From the NCBI GenBank assembly GCA_027604505.1, contig JADIIX010000007.1:1-64000 (forward strand): DNA of 64,000 nucleotides. The letters are read 5' to 3'. Position numbers and translations under genes: made by a program. Positions within the stretch are counted from its first letter, which is position 1, and every line of letters starts with the position of its first letter. Below, one piece after another: positions 1 to 12,989 of the stretch. The notes under the pieces are model-generated. The model was not told the DNA's origin and did no database searches. It saw nothing but the letters and a program-made list of their open reading frames with translations. Source of the stretch: Gonapodya sp. JEL0774. Its lineage: Eukaryota.

Positions 1-767
1 GAGGTGGAGGGTGCGCGCTCGATCTGCGTCCGGCCGTGTTCGCTGTTCTGGGTCATCTGTCCCTCGCACCACATCCTCTCACCCCCGGCTGCCCCACCAC
101 GATTGCCGCCGCCGCGATGCCTCAAACGCCGGCATGACACGAGACGCGACGCAGGGGGACCTTCACACACACCGGTCAAATCGATCCTCTGACCTCTGAC
201 CTCACCTTACCCCACTTCCCACCCAATCCCAACCCCCCCCTCCCCTCCTCCTCCCCCCCGCCCGTGTGACGTGTCCCCATTTCCACGCCCCGACCGAACC
301 CCGACCCCGACCCCGACCCGACACCGACCCCGACCCATGCACCCTCCAGACCTCGAAAACTACGACAAAATGGTCGTCCTCTCAACAAAGTTCCCCGAGC
401 TGTTCGGATGATCTCGTGCGTGCGCGGGCGGGGGTCGCGTGTGTCGGCAGGGGTGCGTGCCTGGTGCCTGGGCGGTGGGGGGGTGGCACGTTGGATATCA
501 AGTGCCGGTAACCGGTGTGGAGCGCGTGTGGTACGCGACAGACGTTGCACGGCAGATTTTGAACGGTGATACCGGTACCGGCCCGGCGTTCAATGTGTAC
601 CACGGCATGGTGGATATACATAGTCAACCAAACAAACAAAACAAAACAAATCCAAACGAAAACATCCATATCCTTCCAACGCCGGGCAGCGTAAACGCGC
701 AGAGAAGCGGTGGCACGGGGCTCCCGCCGCCTTCTCCGTGAAAGATAGATAAAACAAAACGCGGCCT

Positions 768-840
768 TGGAGCTGCGGGGGATCGAACCCCGTACCTCGT
801 GCATGCTAAGCACGCGCTCTGCCATCTGAGCTACAACCCC
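768..840 (-). tRNA. tRNA-Ala (anticodon AGC), copy 1
   Basis: Reverse complement GGGGTTGTAGCTCAGATGGCAGAGCGCGTGCTTAGCATGCACGAGGTACGGGGTTCGATCCCCCGCAGCTCCA folds as a cloverleaf. It has the G3:U70 alanine identity pair, anticodon loop TTAGCAT, A-box TAGCTCAG and B-box GGTTCGATCC, with short T runs downstream. Confidence 0.97.
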
Positions 841-899
841 GACACCCGTTTTTATGGATCTTGCATTTATAAACATTTTTATTTTTTATTCTAGATCTT

Positions 900-2523
900 T
901 AGATTCTCACACTGGTTTACTTACAGGTTGGACGGAAGCAATTCCTGTTCCCAATGTATTGGCAATTACTATGGCAAAAACAATGTGGCATCATTGGATC
1001 TGCCGTCACTTGATGTTTCGGCGTTTCCTCTCTGATCGGGGTCCAGCTTTTCACAATGTGTTGTTTAAGGAGCTGGCGCTTTACCCTGATTTTGATCAAA
1101 CACACGTGTCTCTGTTCCACCCACAAGGGAACCGGTATGCTGAACGTGTAATGAAATCTTTGGTTGATGGGCTCATGCAGTACATGAATTTGAAGGGTAC
1201 CAATTGGAACGACACATTACCGGCCATTATGTTTGCGTTTAACACGTGGTATCATTCTACGTTGAATGATTCACCGTTTTATTTTGCGACTGGTCGCGAT
1301 GCTAAAATGCCGGTTAATGTTATTACAGGGATGTCTACTGGTGCAGTGTGCATGCTTCTGGTGGATCAGGAGGGAAAGCCCTTTCCCATTGTGGCGTCCT
1401 TGTCTGAAGCATACTCCACACTCCGTGAAAGAATTGATGCTGCAGCAAACGCTTGTAAAATGGCATACGATGCGATGTCAAATTCCAACTTCCAACTTGA
1501 AAGCATGGTGATGGTCTACTATTCAGAACGCCACTGTCCAGGCAAAAGCTTCAAGTTCATTTCAAAATGGATTGGTCTGTTCTGTAATTACTGAGAAAGT
1601 TGTTCCAGTCACGTATTGTGCGAAACATATTTAAACAGGTCAAACTACGTTGGCGCACATTACACGTCTTCAGAAAATTCTGCCCTGCATTGGCATGTTT
1701 TCTTCCGCATTAGCTATTCCTGATACTACGCATATCCCGAACGATTCTGTGTTGTCCGAACCTCCTGTTGTCGAGCTGGTGGAACCTGCACCTACTCTGA
1801 GAGCTGTTGATGCCTTGGGTATGCCCGTTTATGAAGTTGACGCACTTCCTGATTGTTGACAGAATGGCCCGTTGGTGGAATACTATGTGAAGTTTAATGG
1901 CTATTCAGTTCCTGAGTGGATTGAGGAGGAGAACGTTTTGGCAGAGGCTATGTTGGATGATTATGAAAGCCGTCAGCCAACTGCTCCAAATGGACGTGCT
2001 CTTACTGAGGGGCAACGTAAGCGGACGATGAATGCACATTTGGAAATACGTCGTTCGGTGTACTTGGGGCATGTTGGTACTGATGATCCGCCACCAAAAC
2101 GGCCACATGGTAATGATGGTATAAAACCTAATGGCTCTGAGTTGAAGAAAGGGATTTGTGGTTCCCTCCTAAAGAGGAAGGGGGAGAAAGTGGCTCAAGG
2201 AGCCATGGCCATCGACGATGAGTGAGTGACTGTCGAATGTTGGTGTGTTGTGATTTTGTGACGATTACGTTTACAGTTTGGGGAGTGTTTCTGTGCACTT
2301 CTGTACAGTACAATTACGTTACATTCATTTCGTGTTCGACTATGTTTAGTGACGAGGGCGTCACTTGACAGAGGAAGGAGGAGTGCAGTATACTGGGCAC
2401 CTTGGGTGACCACAGTCCGGAGATATCTGTAGGTAGTCATATACGTATACTGTACGATCAGACGTACATCAGACATCCGTCCTACATCTACCAGTCCAGT
2501 CTAGTATAGGACATCACGTAACA
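900..2523 (+). mobile_element. Degenerate Ty3/Gypsy (chromovirus-like) retrotransposon 3' half: integrase core, decayed GPF motif, chromodomain, PPT and probable 3' LTR
   Basis: ORF 854-1594 has integrase core motifs (TGWTEAIP, SDRGPAF, HPQGNRYAER, WNDTLPAIMFAFNT, SPFYFATGR). KWIGLF resembles the W.GPF motif. ORF 1872-2225 has a chromodomain-like EYYVKFNGYSVPEWIEEENV. A frameshift lies near 1586 and an in-frame TGA at 1857-1859. Confidence 0.9.
2171..2523 (+). repeat. Polypurine tract (2171-2190) followed by a putative 3' LTR (about 2191-2523)
   Basis: A 20-nt purine run AAAGAGGAAGGGGGAGAAAG is directly followed by TG, and a candidate LTR end GTAACA lies at 2518-2523. No second LTR copy was found in the window, so the right boundary is unconfirmed. 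Confidence 0.5.
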
Positions 2524-3953
2524 CAACAAGGCGGACTATGGCAAAGACATGAGAGCACATGCAATATACCCTAAATCCCGGAATCATGGAACCTCCCAAA
2601 TATACTTATGGCCGTGTGGTCATTGGTCACGTTCCGCTACAACCCTCCGCAGGTGGTGCCCACGAACAGTGGCCGGTGGGGGGATGCTCAATTCCAGCAC
2701 ACAAATTGCACCAGTACCAGCAACAATCCGCATTGTTTCGTGCCGAGACTAATAATGTATCGCGGGCGATTTTTGCTCTGGCATTTCCTGTACGCACCAT
2801 AGTGTAAACAACGTATATAGAGAGCGAGCACCAGCATGGCACTGATTGTCATATTTTGCTATTACTGGAAGTGTGATATCTGTATCGCATCCGTGTCCTC
2901 TATGTCAGATGGGTTGTTTGAGATGTTAGAATGTAGTGGACATAGTGTACACGATCACACTTCATTCCCTCTCCCAGGAGGTAGACTGGTAGAAACTAGA
3001 ACAGTATGTATGGATGTGAGCGCGATGGCTTAACTGCTCACGCAGTACAGTAAGGACAAAGCGGGAGTTCGTAAGAACGATTTCTTTTCCTTGTCGCTCC
3101 CTCTTCCATTCATGGTCTGGCATTTCTTTAGGCGTACGTGCAACACAGACGCAGATCATCCCGAGTTAACTTGCTCTTGGACTTAAATCAAGAATGAGGT
3201 GGCGAGTCAGGTAATTTACTTAGTTCGTCAGGAAAGGTCAGGTCTTCCTCTCACTCACCATCGTCTTTCACCGATCTGTTTTGTATACTCTCACTGAACG
3301 TGGATGATCGCAAGACAAGTGTCATTCAGTGCCTAGAACTTACGGTAAACTCAGACGAGAACAAGCGAGGTACCTTTTCCACCTCGTCACGAGCAAGGAT
3401 GTATAATATGTTCCAACTGAACTCTTGAAGGAAAACCTGTATGCTTGTGTATAAATTCTTCGAAGACCTCGCTCCAATAATATCAGAGCCGTTTATCGTG
3501 AAGAACTTCTCACATCCCACGGTGTTCACCCCCTGCCCCCACACCCCGCCAGATGTCCCATTGGCAAACCGGCAGCGATACCAATGGTCCGCCAGCTGCA
3601 GGAATAAGTGATGCCTCGGGAATTTCCTTGACGTCGATTCCGTCCACAGCGTCAGGAACAATCACTGGAACAGCCGTATACGGAGCGGCACAAGGTGAGC
3701 CCGGATCTCAAGATGAAGACGCGGATTTCGTGGGAAACAGCTACGTTAATTGAAAAGTTTCCCGCGGGTGGGATGCTAGTCGGATGCGGATTGCGCTCAG
3801 AGGTGGAAAAGGTTTGGTGAAATGTCGTGCCAACGAATCGTTTTCGTGGCTCCGCATCGTCCTTTGAGACCCCACTCTTTCCCATTTATCGTATCATGCA
3901 GATTGGATGCTCCGCGAACACTGATGCGTTGATCCCCGTTTACCCAAATTGGA

Positions 3954-6900
3954 TTGTTTCCAGGATCGTACCCAACTGGGGTACACCAGCATGGCTTCAA
4001 CATGCCTTACACCTACAGCGTTTCTCTACCATCATCTCCTGCATCCTCTACCGCGTCCGCTTCCAACCGGCAGTTCCAGCCGTGGCCGAACATGAATGCC
4101 CAAAACACGATCGGGCAGACTTTTGGAATGGGATCAAACTTACAGCAACAAGGCGGCTACTCCACTTTTCATCAGAGTGTAACGCAGGGTGGTCTTTCTG
4201 TCTCCAGTACTGTGTCGGGAACGGGCGCTGCCGGTGAAACTGGAACCCATTCACTCATGAGTGTTGCCGACTTTTCAAGTGGAGGGCACACACAAATGGG
4301 CATGGGACCGAATGCAATGACGACACTATCTGTGCCTTCTCAAGGAGGGCTGCTCCCGTATCCGTCCGGGCCAGGGCACCCACAGCACACCACAGTGCTG
4401 TCCTTGCATTCCACAATCCCTCAGGTTACGCAGCAGGGGTCAAGTGCCCCAATGGTGTCCCAAAATCTCGCACATCACAATACAGTACAGTCGCAAACCC
4501 AGTCTCAGGTCATCAGCCAGCTCCAAGCAGGCGTTCTGGCACTGCAGGGAAGATCACAGCGTTCTAGTGGGTATTCCCGACACTCTCCCGTGCCTCAGCA
4601 ACAAGCTGGTTCTCAAAGTCGTCAAGGACACCACGTAGTAACGTCTTACAGCGGCTCCGACAGTCACGGTGACGCAGCTCTGAATCTTCTGTCATTGCAC
4701 GGTGGTGGTCCTCATGTTCATTACCCTTCCTCTGGTACTGGGCCTAATTTCCACCAACAATCCCACCATGGAACGATAGTTATGTCTACTCATCGCCCTC
4801 ATGGGTCAGCTGGGGCGTCCCTTGTACAGCTTCAGGCCACTTCGTTCTTTCCACCAACATCGGTACCTCTTCAAAGTCCTTCTCCGTCAGGGTTCTCGAT
4901 GAGTGAGTCGCCAAGCACGACGTCTCCCGCGTTTGGTCATTTTCAAACTCCGTTGGTATGTTCCTCGGTCGGAGTCAATTTGTGCACTGTACAGCAGAGC
5001 GTTGTTTCACACTCGATTGACCTGAGCTACTTTTACTATTGCATATTGGAATACAGGGAGGATATCACCAGCCTCAGCCTCAGTCTGCCATGCCGCAAAC
5101 TATTCTCACGTCACAAGCCTCTGCTTTAGGTGCTCACAAGAGCTGGTCGCATGCTGCCATTGCTGGCGCCCTTCAGCAAACCCATCCACAGATACAACTT
5201 CAACAGCAATCAGTTCCGGCGCTCGCGCCCACATTGCCACCTCAGCAATCTCAGTCAGCTCGTGGTGCTCACCGGGCGTCGGCCCCAGCCGGCACCGTCG
5301 CTTCTAGCAGTGTACAAAAGCCCGCCACAAGTAAAGCGACACCTAGCGGTTCACAGACTCGCTTTTTCCCCAAAGGTGACATCGTGGAGGTCATCTTACC
5401 TCTGTCAAATGTCGGCTCTTCTTTGGTCGGAAAAGGACACCAGAAGAGTACCGGGTCGGGTAAAACAAGTGTGTCTCAGACCAAGCGGGCGGTCAAGGGA
5501 GCTGGCAAAGCTGGTGCGACTGCAAAAGCTGGTGAATCAAAATCTCGATCGAAAGCCTCTGGCAAGGTGTGTATGTGCAGTTGTAGTACGATGCCGTCCA
5601 CGACTGAATTCACCCTCGTTTCGACAGCAACCTCGTGAATCAACCCATGGTAAATCCACTCGTTCCACAACTGTCGCCGCACTTGGCTCCATAAAGGCAG
5701 TTCCTTCGTATCAAATTATTGCGGAATATTCAGAGGACTCTGATTCGGACGAGGAAGATTCCGAGGGCTCTGAGGCAAACCACCTCGCAAGAGGGATGCT
5801 ACTCGCAGGGCTGCGAGCTGCACAGGAGGCAAATGCAAAGCAAATTGGCGTGAGGTCGCCCAGGAGAGACGGTACGAGCTACGCAGCTCCGGATGCTCTG
5901 GAAGGAGTCGGTGACAGTGATTGGTCATCTGACGAGGACATGGGTGCACCGTCTACGAAGTCAGTGACAGTTCTAGCTGATCCACCAACACCCGCAGCTG
6001 TTGATGGTGAGGAGATGGCCGATGCGGTTGCTGGCGGTAATGACACTGCCGAGAGTGAGGGAAAACGACCAGAAAACTTCACTCCGACTGTGAACGAAGT
6101 AACAACACCGGATATCGAACTCTTTGTCGACATGGAGGCTGACCTCACACCACAAGACCCGCATGTAATTGTTGCTCCTCGTGACGACCCACGTTCAGTG
6201 CAAATTGGGCGCGTGACACAGGACATAGAGTCCGATGACAAAGATAAACTTTCCACTGATGATCCGGTGACAGACGTCAAGTATGCGAAGATCGACCCTG
6301 CAATTACTTTTGAGGAATCGGAGCTGGTTATGGAGTCGATTCAACCGGATTCTTATTTGAAGGTTTCTGAAGCCAGAACGGCGAGGCCCGAGGAGCATTC
6401 TGGACCTTCCACAACCGAGATAAGGAGTGCAACTTCATCGTCGTCCCCAGCGCCTAACGCGGATTCATCATCACTGTCTTTCGCACCGAAGTTGCGGTCC
6501 ACATTTTCCGCGTCACCCCAGACAGCGATCGAACTTGAAGAATCAGATTCCGATATCGACATGCCAGAGGACGAAGAAGAGGGACCAACGAGCGTATCGG
6601 TGCAGCGCTTTCCTTTCAGTGAAGGTATGAGGTATGGTGATTATGAGGAAGTGGAAGATGATGAGGAGGAGGAAGAGGAGGAAATTGATTTGGTAGGGCA
6701 GGACCCATCCAAGACTGAAGAAAAGAATAGTGGTAGATCGGTCCTGCCACTGTCTGTTGCTTCTCACGGTGCTCACTGGGGCGGCAATTCGGAATCGAGA
6801 GCTTATAGTACACTCGAAGAATCATACGAATTCGACGAAGAGGAGGAAGACGTAGAAGATGCGCCGGAAGGTTGCGAATCCGGCGCTGGTCAAGAAACGT

Positions 6901-9121
6901 TGGGCATGGTCAACCCTGAGCAAACTCCGCAGGTATCTATCGCCGAATCAAATGACGCAGTCGGCCTTCTGGTTGAGGTTTCGGACGGTTATGGAGTTGC
7001 CTATACCCGTTTTCCTATTAGCAGTCTGCATGAGAGTGCAAATTCAGTTGCCCTCTTCGCCGATTGGGCTGTCAAGTCCAAGGAGATTTGGGGGACTCTT
7101 GCCCCACCACGATCTTCTGATACAGTGAAACCCAAGAGGAAGAACCGTTGGGTAGGTGTAGCGAGGACTCGTGAATCTACCCGTACGAGAAGTCGCCAGC
7201 ACACCTTGGAACATCATGAATCAGATTTTCTGCCTTCTTCCACCGTCGCCGTGGGGGGACGGGCGGGTCTATTTTGGAAGCGACGACCAGCTCTGGTTAA
7301 TCGAAAGGAGCCGGTTGGGACGGGATTTTGGTTGCCATTAGTTGAACCAAAAGGCACCAAACCAGGGGTTGCAACTCAGGAGTCTATCGGGTTGCGACGA
7401 AAGCGGAGGTTCGATTTTCGAGATGAAGAGAGTGGAGTCTCCATTTCAGGAGGGGTTGTGCCGTTGGGCAAAAGACCCAAGAAGCTCTCTGGTGCACCCG
7501 AAGCACATGGGGACGATTTCCGTCTGTCACCACTTCAAGAAGTGGATGCATGGCGAAAGGGGGGGAAGTCTTCGGATGGTAGAACGTCTGAGAGAGAGAC
7601 AACAGGGGGTAAGCTAGCTCTCAAGGCGGGATTGAGCCTTGGAAGAGCATCGAGAGCAGAAGCACCCCGTCCGACCATGTCTCCACCACCGAAAAGGACA
7701 AAAACCGGATCGCGCCCCAAAAATCAGCCTAATATGGTCGTTGATATTGATGATGGGCCGCCAAACCGAGCGTTTGCCGTCTCGACAACCAACGGGCCTG
7801 TGATTCAAGGCACAAAGATACACATGGTCAAGCCTCACATTCCTACACACCCGTTTACGGAACAGTTCTCAGCGTTTCAACCTCCTTTAAAGCTAGTTGA
7901 TCATGGGGATGATGGGAATAGTTTATATCGATCTCTGGCGTGCAAGACGATCGGTTCAGCACAAGCACACGGTGCCGTCAGGAGGCAAGTGGTGGAGTTT
8001 CTGAAGCAGCAATCTAGGGTAGCAGAATCTTTGGTAGAGAGTGGTGGGACTCCAAACGCATGGTGGGCTAGTTTGGTCGAGCGTCTACTCCGAGACTCGG
8101 AGGATCACAGTTTGAATGCATTGTCAAAAAGTGGAGTCAAGAATCATGACAATCTTGTGACCTCTACTCTCACAACGGGACCGCCACGGCGATCTATGAC
8201 AGCTGCCAGACTTTTTGCCAACTACGTTGGCAAGATGTCGAAGGATGGATGCGATGGGGACCAAACGTGTGTTCAGGTTGGTGTTGCCAAAGTTCTTCGT
8301 TGTTTGCCATTACTTTCTCAATAGAGATTTTACATGAACAGGCATTTGCAATGTTGTCGGGACGACAAATCTTGGTTTCACACTGGAATTCACTCCAGAG
8401 TTGTGTTCACACAACCCTCTTCACCCCAGATCTTATCGAATCGGAAGGCTCCACAACATCATCAGCAAAAGCACCAAATCCAATTTCTACCGGCGTGGAA
8501 CCTCAACCGCGGACTTATTCTGCTCTTCCACCAGTACCTGACTATTCCCCACCACCTTCACGCGATCCTCTTGTTGTCGCTCCACCTACCACGGATTCTG
8601 AAGTCGTGCACCAAATCCTGCCACCGGAATTGCGTACCTTGATAGTGGGCAATCACGATATGGAACAGCTTCCTCCCGAAGGGGATCTGGAACATAACGA
8701 TTTGCCTTCCAGTGCATTTCTTGAGGGCGTAGATGGCGCAGCCGCGGACGCCCCTCCACCAGCACTGCAAATCAGCCCAGCTCCTGTGAAGTCTTTGGAA
8801 CAGTCGCCTCTTGATGTCCAATCCACAGAGCGGGAGGAACCAGAACCTCCACTCGACATTTTAGAGGCGCCGCCGACTGTGAATCCTTACGTGATTCATT
8901 TTCACGATTCAAATTACATTCACCTGGCAATCATGCCCAATCTGGAAGCCGGTGACGGACGACATCACTACGTGTGTGTTGAGACTGATAAGGTCTCCGC
9001 TCTGTCGGAGAAGCGGAACTCACCGCAACAACATTTGCGACTGAAATTCACTCTTGGCAGTGGGATTTCGCCTGTGGTGCCACCCGTTGATTCCAATTTG
9101 AAAGGCGGCGAAAAGAAATGA
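3954..9121 (+). CDS. Very large low-complexity protein with a C-terminal OTU (ovarian tumour deubiquitinase-like) domain; multi-exon, start uncertain
   Basis: Overlapping ORFs 3954-5129, 5039-5638, 5130-8324 and 8249-9121 are joinable by GT-AG introns. The N-terminus is Q/S/H-rich with acidic tracts. OTU motifs: DDGNSLYRSLA...HGAVRRQVVEFL, YVGKMSKDGCDGD, AFAMLSGRQILV, IHLAI...HHYVCV. Confidence 0.75.
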
Positions 9122-9276
9122 TTTTCGGTTGAGATGAGCAGGGCTAAGTTTTTCGTTTTGATTGCCGATTTCCTCATGCTGTAGCATGTTATTTCACATA
9201 CCACATGATGTACAGTAGTATATAGGAGACGATTCTCACATAATACGCATGTGCAGTTCCTCTGTCCAACATAAGG

Positions 9277-11640
9277 CTACCGCCCGACATTTCCCACCGC
9301 GGTCGCAGACCCTTGCTGGTTTGTACTGGAAGCAGCAACTTGCCCTGCACCTTGTCCCGACGGAACTCCCACTTTGAGACTCACGTAAGCCCTCACTGCC
9401 TTTTCAAGTCTCTCCCTCTTCCCTTCGACGCCAACCAGTGTGTCTCCAACGTCCTTCCCAACAGCTTCGCTAGCGTAGCCTACCAAGTCCTCCCAGTCCC
9501 ACTCGCGGTCACCCAAAACCTCTGCCAAATCCCTAGTCTGGCTCTCGCACCAGCGGGCAACAAATGTGGCTGGATCATCCGCAAAAGCGGTGAAGAATGA
9601 TCGCTTCAGTCGACTCTGGTCGATTCGTGCCAGTAGAGAGTTGCACTGATTATCCAGCTGGGAAAGCTGAGCGAGAGTGGGGATCGGATGAGTGGGAGTA
9701 GGAGTCGAGGAAGGAAGTAACGCCGATGGCAAGGATCGAGGAGCGGGAAAGAAAACGGGAATGTCGAACGAGGTGGGGTGAGAGTAAGTGGCTTGGTCGA
9801 CCCTAGATGACGAAACAAATATTTAACGAGGATTTCCCACCTCCAAGAAACGCACGTGGACTCACGGCACCGTGAAGTCAATGACAATTGGATCAGGTGG
9901 CAACAAATGTTCCGCAAGTCGCTCGGGAAGCGACGAGAGTGTTAACTTAGGAACACCGAAGACCTGATCACGAGAAAGTATCAGTTCTGGTGTCTTAGCC
10001 GTTTGGAAGTAATGCGGAGCCCACCTTGCCCATTTCACCCTCGCAGTTCATCCATCCAGGTCCGCCTCCAACACCACCGGGCTCCCATAATCCGTTCGCT
10101 TTTACATATCTCCAAATCTCCCCAACAACCTCCGCCTTACCGACCGTGTGCCCCGCACCGAACCCTCCCAAGAGATTCTCTAGTGCGGGTGAGAGTTTGT
10201 ATCGCGAATTGTCGATAAGAGGGGCGGGTCCAGTGGCCGCGGTGGGTGCAGGAGGGACGCCGAGATGCAGAAACATCGTGACGGGGGTTGCAGTGTCGCC
10301 GGGACGAGTCAGTTCAAAGCCGTCAGACGGTGGATGCGTCGCGGATTTTGTCCACTATAGGAGCAGGGGATGGGATACCAGCATGGTTTCTTGAGCCTTA
10401 GTTTCGAATTGTCCCACGGGTATCCATAGGGGAGGATTGCGCTCACCTCAATTGTGTTCCCGTCTGGGTACAGCTCAGGGTCGCGGTGAAGCTCAAACAC
10501 TACATGACTGACGAATTCTGTGAACTGGAAGCGCTTCGCGCCTTCCGGCTGACAAAACGACGAGTGAAATTGAAAGGAAGGGTGAGCGTCACCGTGTGGT
10601 AATGAGATCCGTTCAGTACCTTTAGATGCCCGAGGATGCGAATGCATTTCCAATACAACTCACCTCCAGAACCTCGCCCAAGACCTCCAGCGTCCAGCTG
10701 GGTGTCGGTCCCTCTTCCTCAAATGCTTCCAGACTCCCTGGTTCTAGCAAATTATCCTCCCGCGCACCAGAATTGGTTTGTTGAAACGCCTGGTCTCGTA
10801 CGCTTACCCTTAATGATACCCGCACGGTTGCTGGCAACGTCTTACCCACAGACGCACCTAGACCAGTAGCGGTACTGGAGCCAGTGCGGCGGGCGGCCAG
10901 GAGAGTGTCCAGTTGGGTTTCCGTATCGAGGAAAGAGGTGTACAATGACGCGAGCTCCGGGTGGGAGGTCGAGACCGACGATGGAAGATGGCGAAGATTG
11001 GGGCGGCGAGCGCGGCGTGGGGGACGTGGGGGAGGTAAAACTGAAATCAAATGGCAAATTGTAATGATTAAAGGCAGCCAATGTTGCGGCCAGATGGCGA
11101 AAGAGTAATTCAGTTCAGAGCACAAAGGATGGTGAAGAAACATCGGTGAGGCGGAGCTCCAGCTGAGGACTCCGTTTGACTTACCTTGCACTTGGGAGGG
11201 TTGAGGCTGTGCTGAAGAGTGCACCGCTTGGAACCCCGACATGCCAGCCGCCTGGCCTACTAGATTCTGAAGGGGAAGTGCTGCCCCCTGTGCTGGCCCA
11301 AAGGACAACCCTGTAGAGTTGGCGCCAGCACCAAGCCCCACGCCAAGACCGGTTGTAGCCGCTACAGGAGCTCTGGACGTGGATGCGGTGGCGGTCGAAG
11401 CTGCTTTTAACTGCTGCTGGTTTTGTGCTGCAGCGAGGGCAGCCTGAGTGATGTTATGTCTGAAAACAGGGTTATTGAGCTGGTTGATGTTGATAGACCA
11501 CGGGTTAAGCTGTGACTGCTGCAGATTGTGTCCGGAAGGTAGAAGGAATACACCAGAGTTTGGACGAGCAGCGGGAGTAGGCTTCAGAGGTTGTTGAGTG
11601 GTGGGATGGCGAAATTGTGAAGGTTGTTATGGCGGATTTC
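9277..11640 (-). CDS. SWI/SNF/RSC complex BAF60-family subunit (SMARCD/Snf12/Rsc6-like, SWIB domain); 5' end unresolved
   Basis: RRPNLRHLP...LYTSFLDTETQLDTLLAARR; FTEFVSHVVFELHRDPELYPDGNTIE; YKLSPALENLLG...EVVGEIWRYVKANGL (SWIB); FFTAFADDPATFVARWCESQTRDL. Confidence 0.88.
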
Positions 11641-11699
11641 AGAGGACGCGGGCAGGAAAATGAGTAAATCATCATGGAAGATATCAATGAGGCTGATTT

Positions 11700-12805
11700 G
11701 TGCGGAATCGAAAGCGTTGATCCACGCCAACGAAGACAGCAATACGGTCCGTTCATTTCCCAAGACATGACACGGGCGAGCTCGCTCACTCCAGCGCGAA
11801 GTCCTTCAGCTTCGTTCATCAAGGCATATATATCTTGTACTTGACTTCCATTTTCTGCACAAGTTACATCTCTGGTGCTCTCGTGTCCATGCAACCATCT
11901 TTTAAATGCTCACTGTGAACGAATTCAGTCCCGCCCCACGTCCAGGTCCAGCACCACCAGCAGCTCCCGCTGCTCCTCGTGGCCCTCCAATCCCGTTTGT
12001 GGCCGATGGTGTCTGCATTCTGCTTTGGCTGGTCACTCGTTTCTGCAACCTTGCACAAGGTAGCACTGCTTCTTCAATAAATTGATTGAGCCGCACCCCA
12101 ACAAACATCAACAGGTAGTCCTAGTTGGTACCGTCTGTGCCCGATTGAGTGAGAAATCAAAAGCAACTATAGTTGCGAAAGTGAAGTACAATCAAAATCC
12201 CCTCTCATCTCCAACTTCACTCGGTCTCCCACTTTCTTGGGCCTCCTTAAAGTGATCTAAGTGCGAAGCAGCCGCCATCACTTTGGATGCTACAGATCCC
12301 CTTGGAATTGGGTTGGGCGCATGAGGGTGCTCTGAAGGATGATTATAATGAATCAGCCTGGAGAATGGGCGGATTCCATCCAACCAAGAATGAACCCACG
12401 AAGTTCCTGTGCCTCTCATGTTTGGACTTTGGCTCTCAATGCGCTCTCTTGCACATCGTCGCAAGCCGCTACAGCACCAGTGCCACCATCTGTGATTGCA
12501 ACAAGTTCCTGAGCGGATAGTGGATGGCAAAACGTCAAATGTTTGGACGCTGACGGAGTTAGAACCCCAAAACCACGTTCTCACCTGAGCCACGGCACTG
12601 GCATACTGAGAGTAGGCCGCGGGATGGCAGAAATCATACATTCCCCTCTTTGTTGACACTGTCTCAATGAATTGAGCAGTGGTAAACCACTCTGTGCTTC
12701 CGCAATGCGACTGTGCCGCTCAATATAACCCCCTGTTTCAGGAGTCGAGTTTTCTGGCTTGTTTTCGAGAGCGTGTATTTCCGCTAGAGTTTGGAGCGAG
12801 GTCAT
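11700..12805 (-). CDS. Unresolved coding-like exons: either an N-terminal extension of the BAF60 gene or a separate hypothetical gene
   Basis: Several short minus-strand stretches look protein-like (MTSLQTLAEIHALENKPE..., ...QDIYALMNEAEGLRAG..., ...LNQFIEEAVLPCARLQKR) and are flanked by GT/AG sites. I could not assemble a single frame. Confidence 0.35.
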
Positions 12806-12989
12806 CGAGATCGTGTGATAATGTAGTGACGTGGTTTGCACAGAACAGTAAGGTATGAGATAAGGACACGAGATAACCTATATAAACTATTCTGATCATT
12901 ATAACAACAGCAAATGAAATGGAAAGTCTGATCTACTTCTAATATGTACCGTAACACCAGCTGACACCTATCTCTTCCCTCAAGATAAT

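Noticed and set aside
288..336. Tandem CCGACC(C) repeats and C-rich run; also CAAAA repeats at about 625-655
   Set aside because: Simple low-complexity sequence in a probable intron or 3' region, with no spacer structure.
1..760. Possible 3' end of a plus-strand gene (e.g. exon DLENYDKMVVLSTKFPELFG*)
   Set aside because: Too little sequence to fix a frame or identity.
382..876. 164-aa minus-strand ORF
   Set aside because: It reads through the tRNA-Ala gene and is a spurious translation.
5476..7850. Numerous antisense ORFs over long genes (also at 42400-43450 and 48900-51500)
   Set aside because: Shadow ORFs of acidic or low-complexity coding sequence, giving poly-Ser translations.
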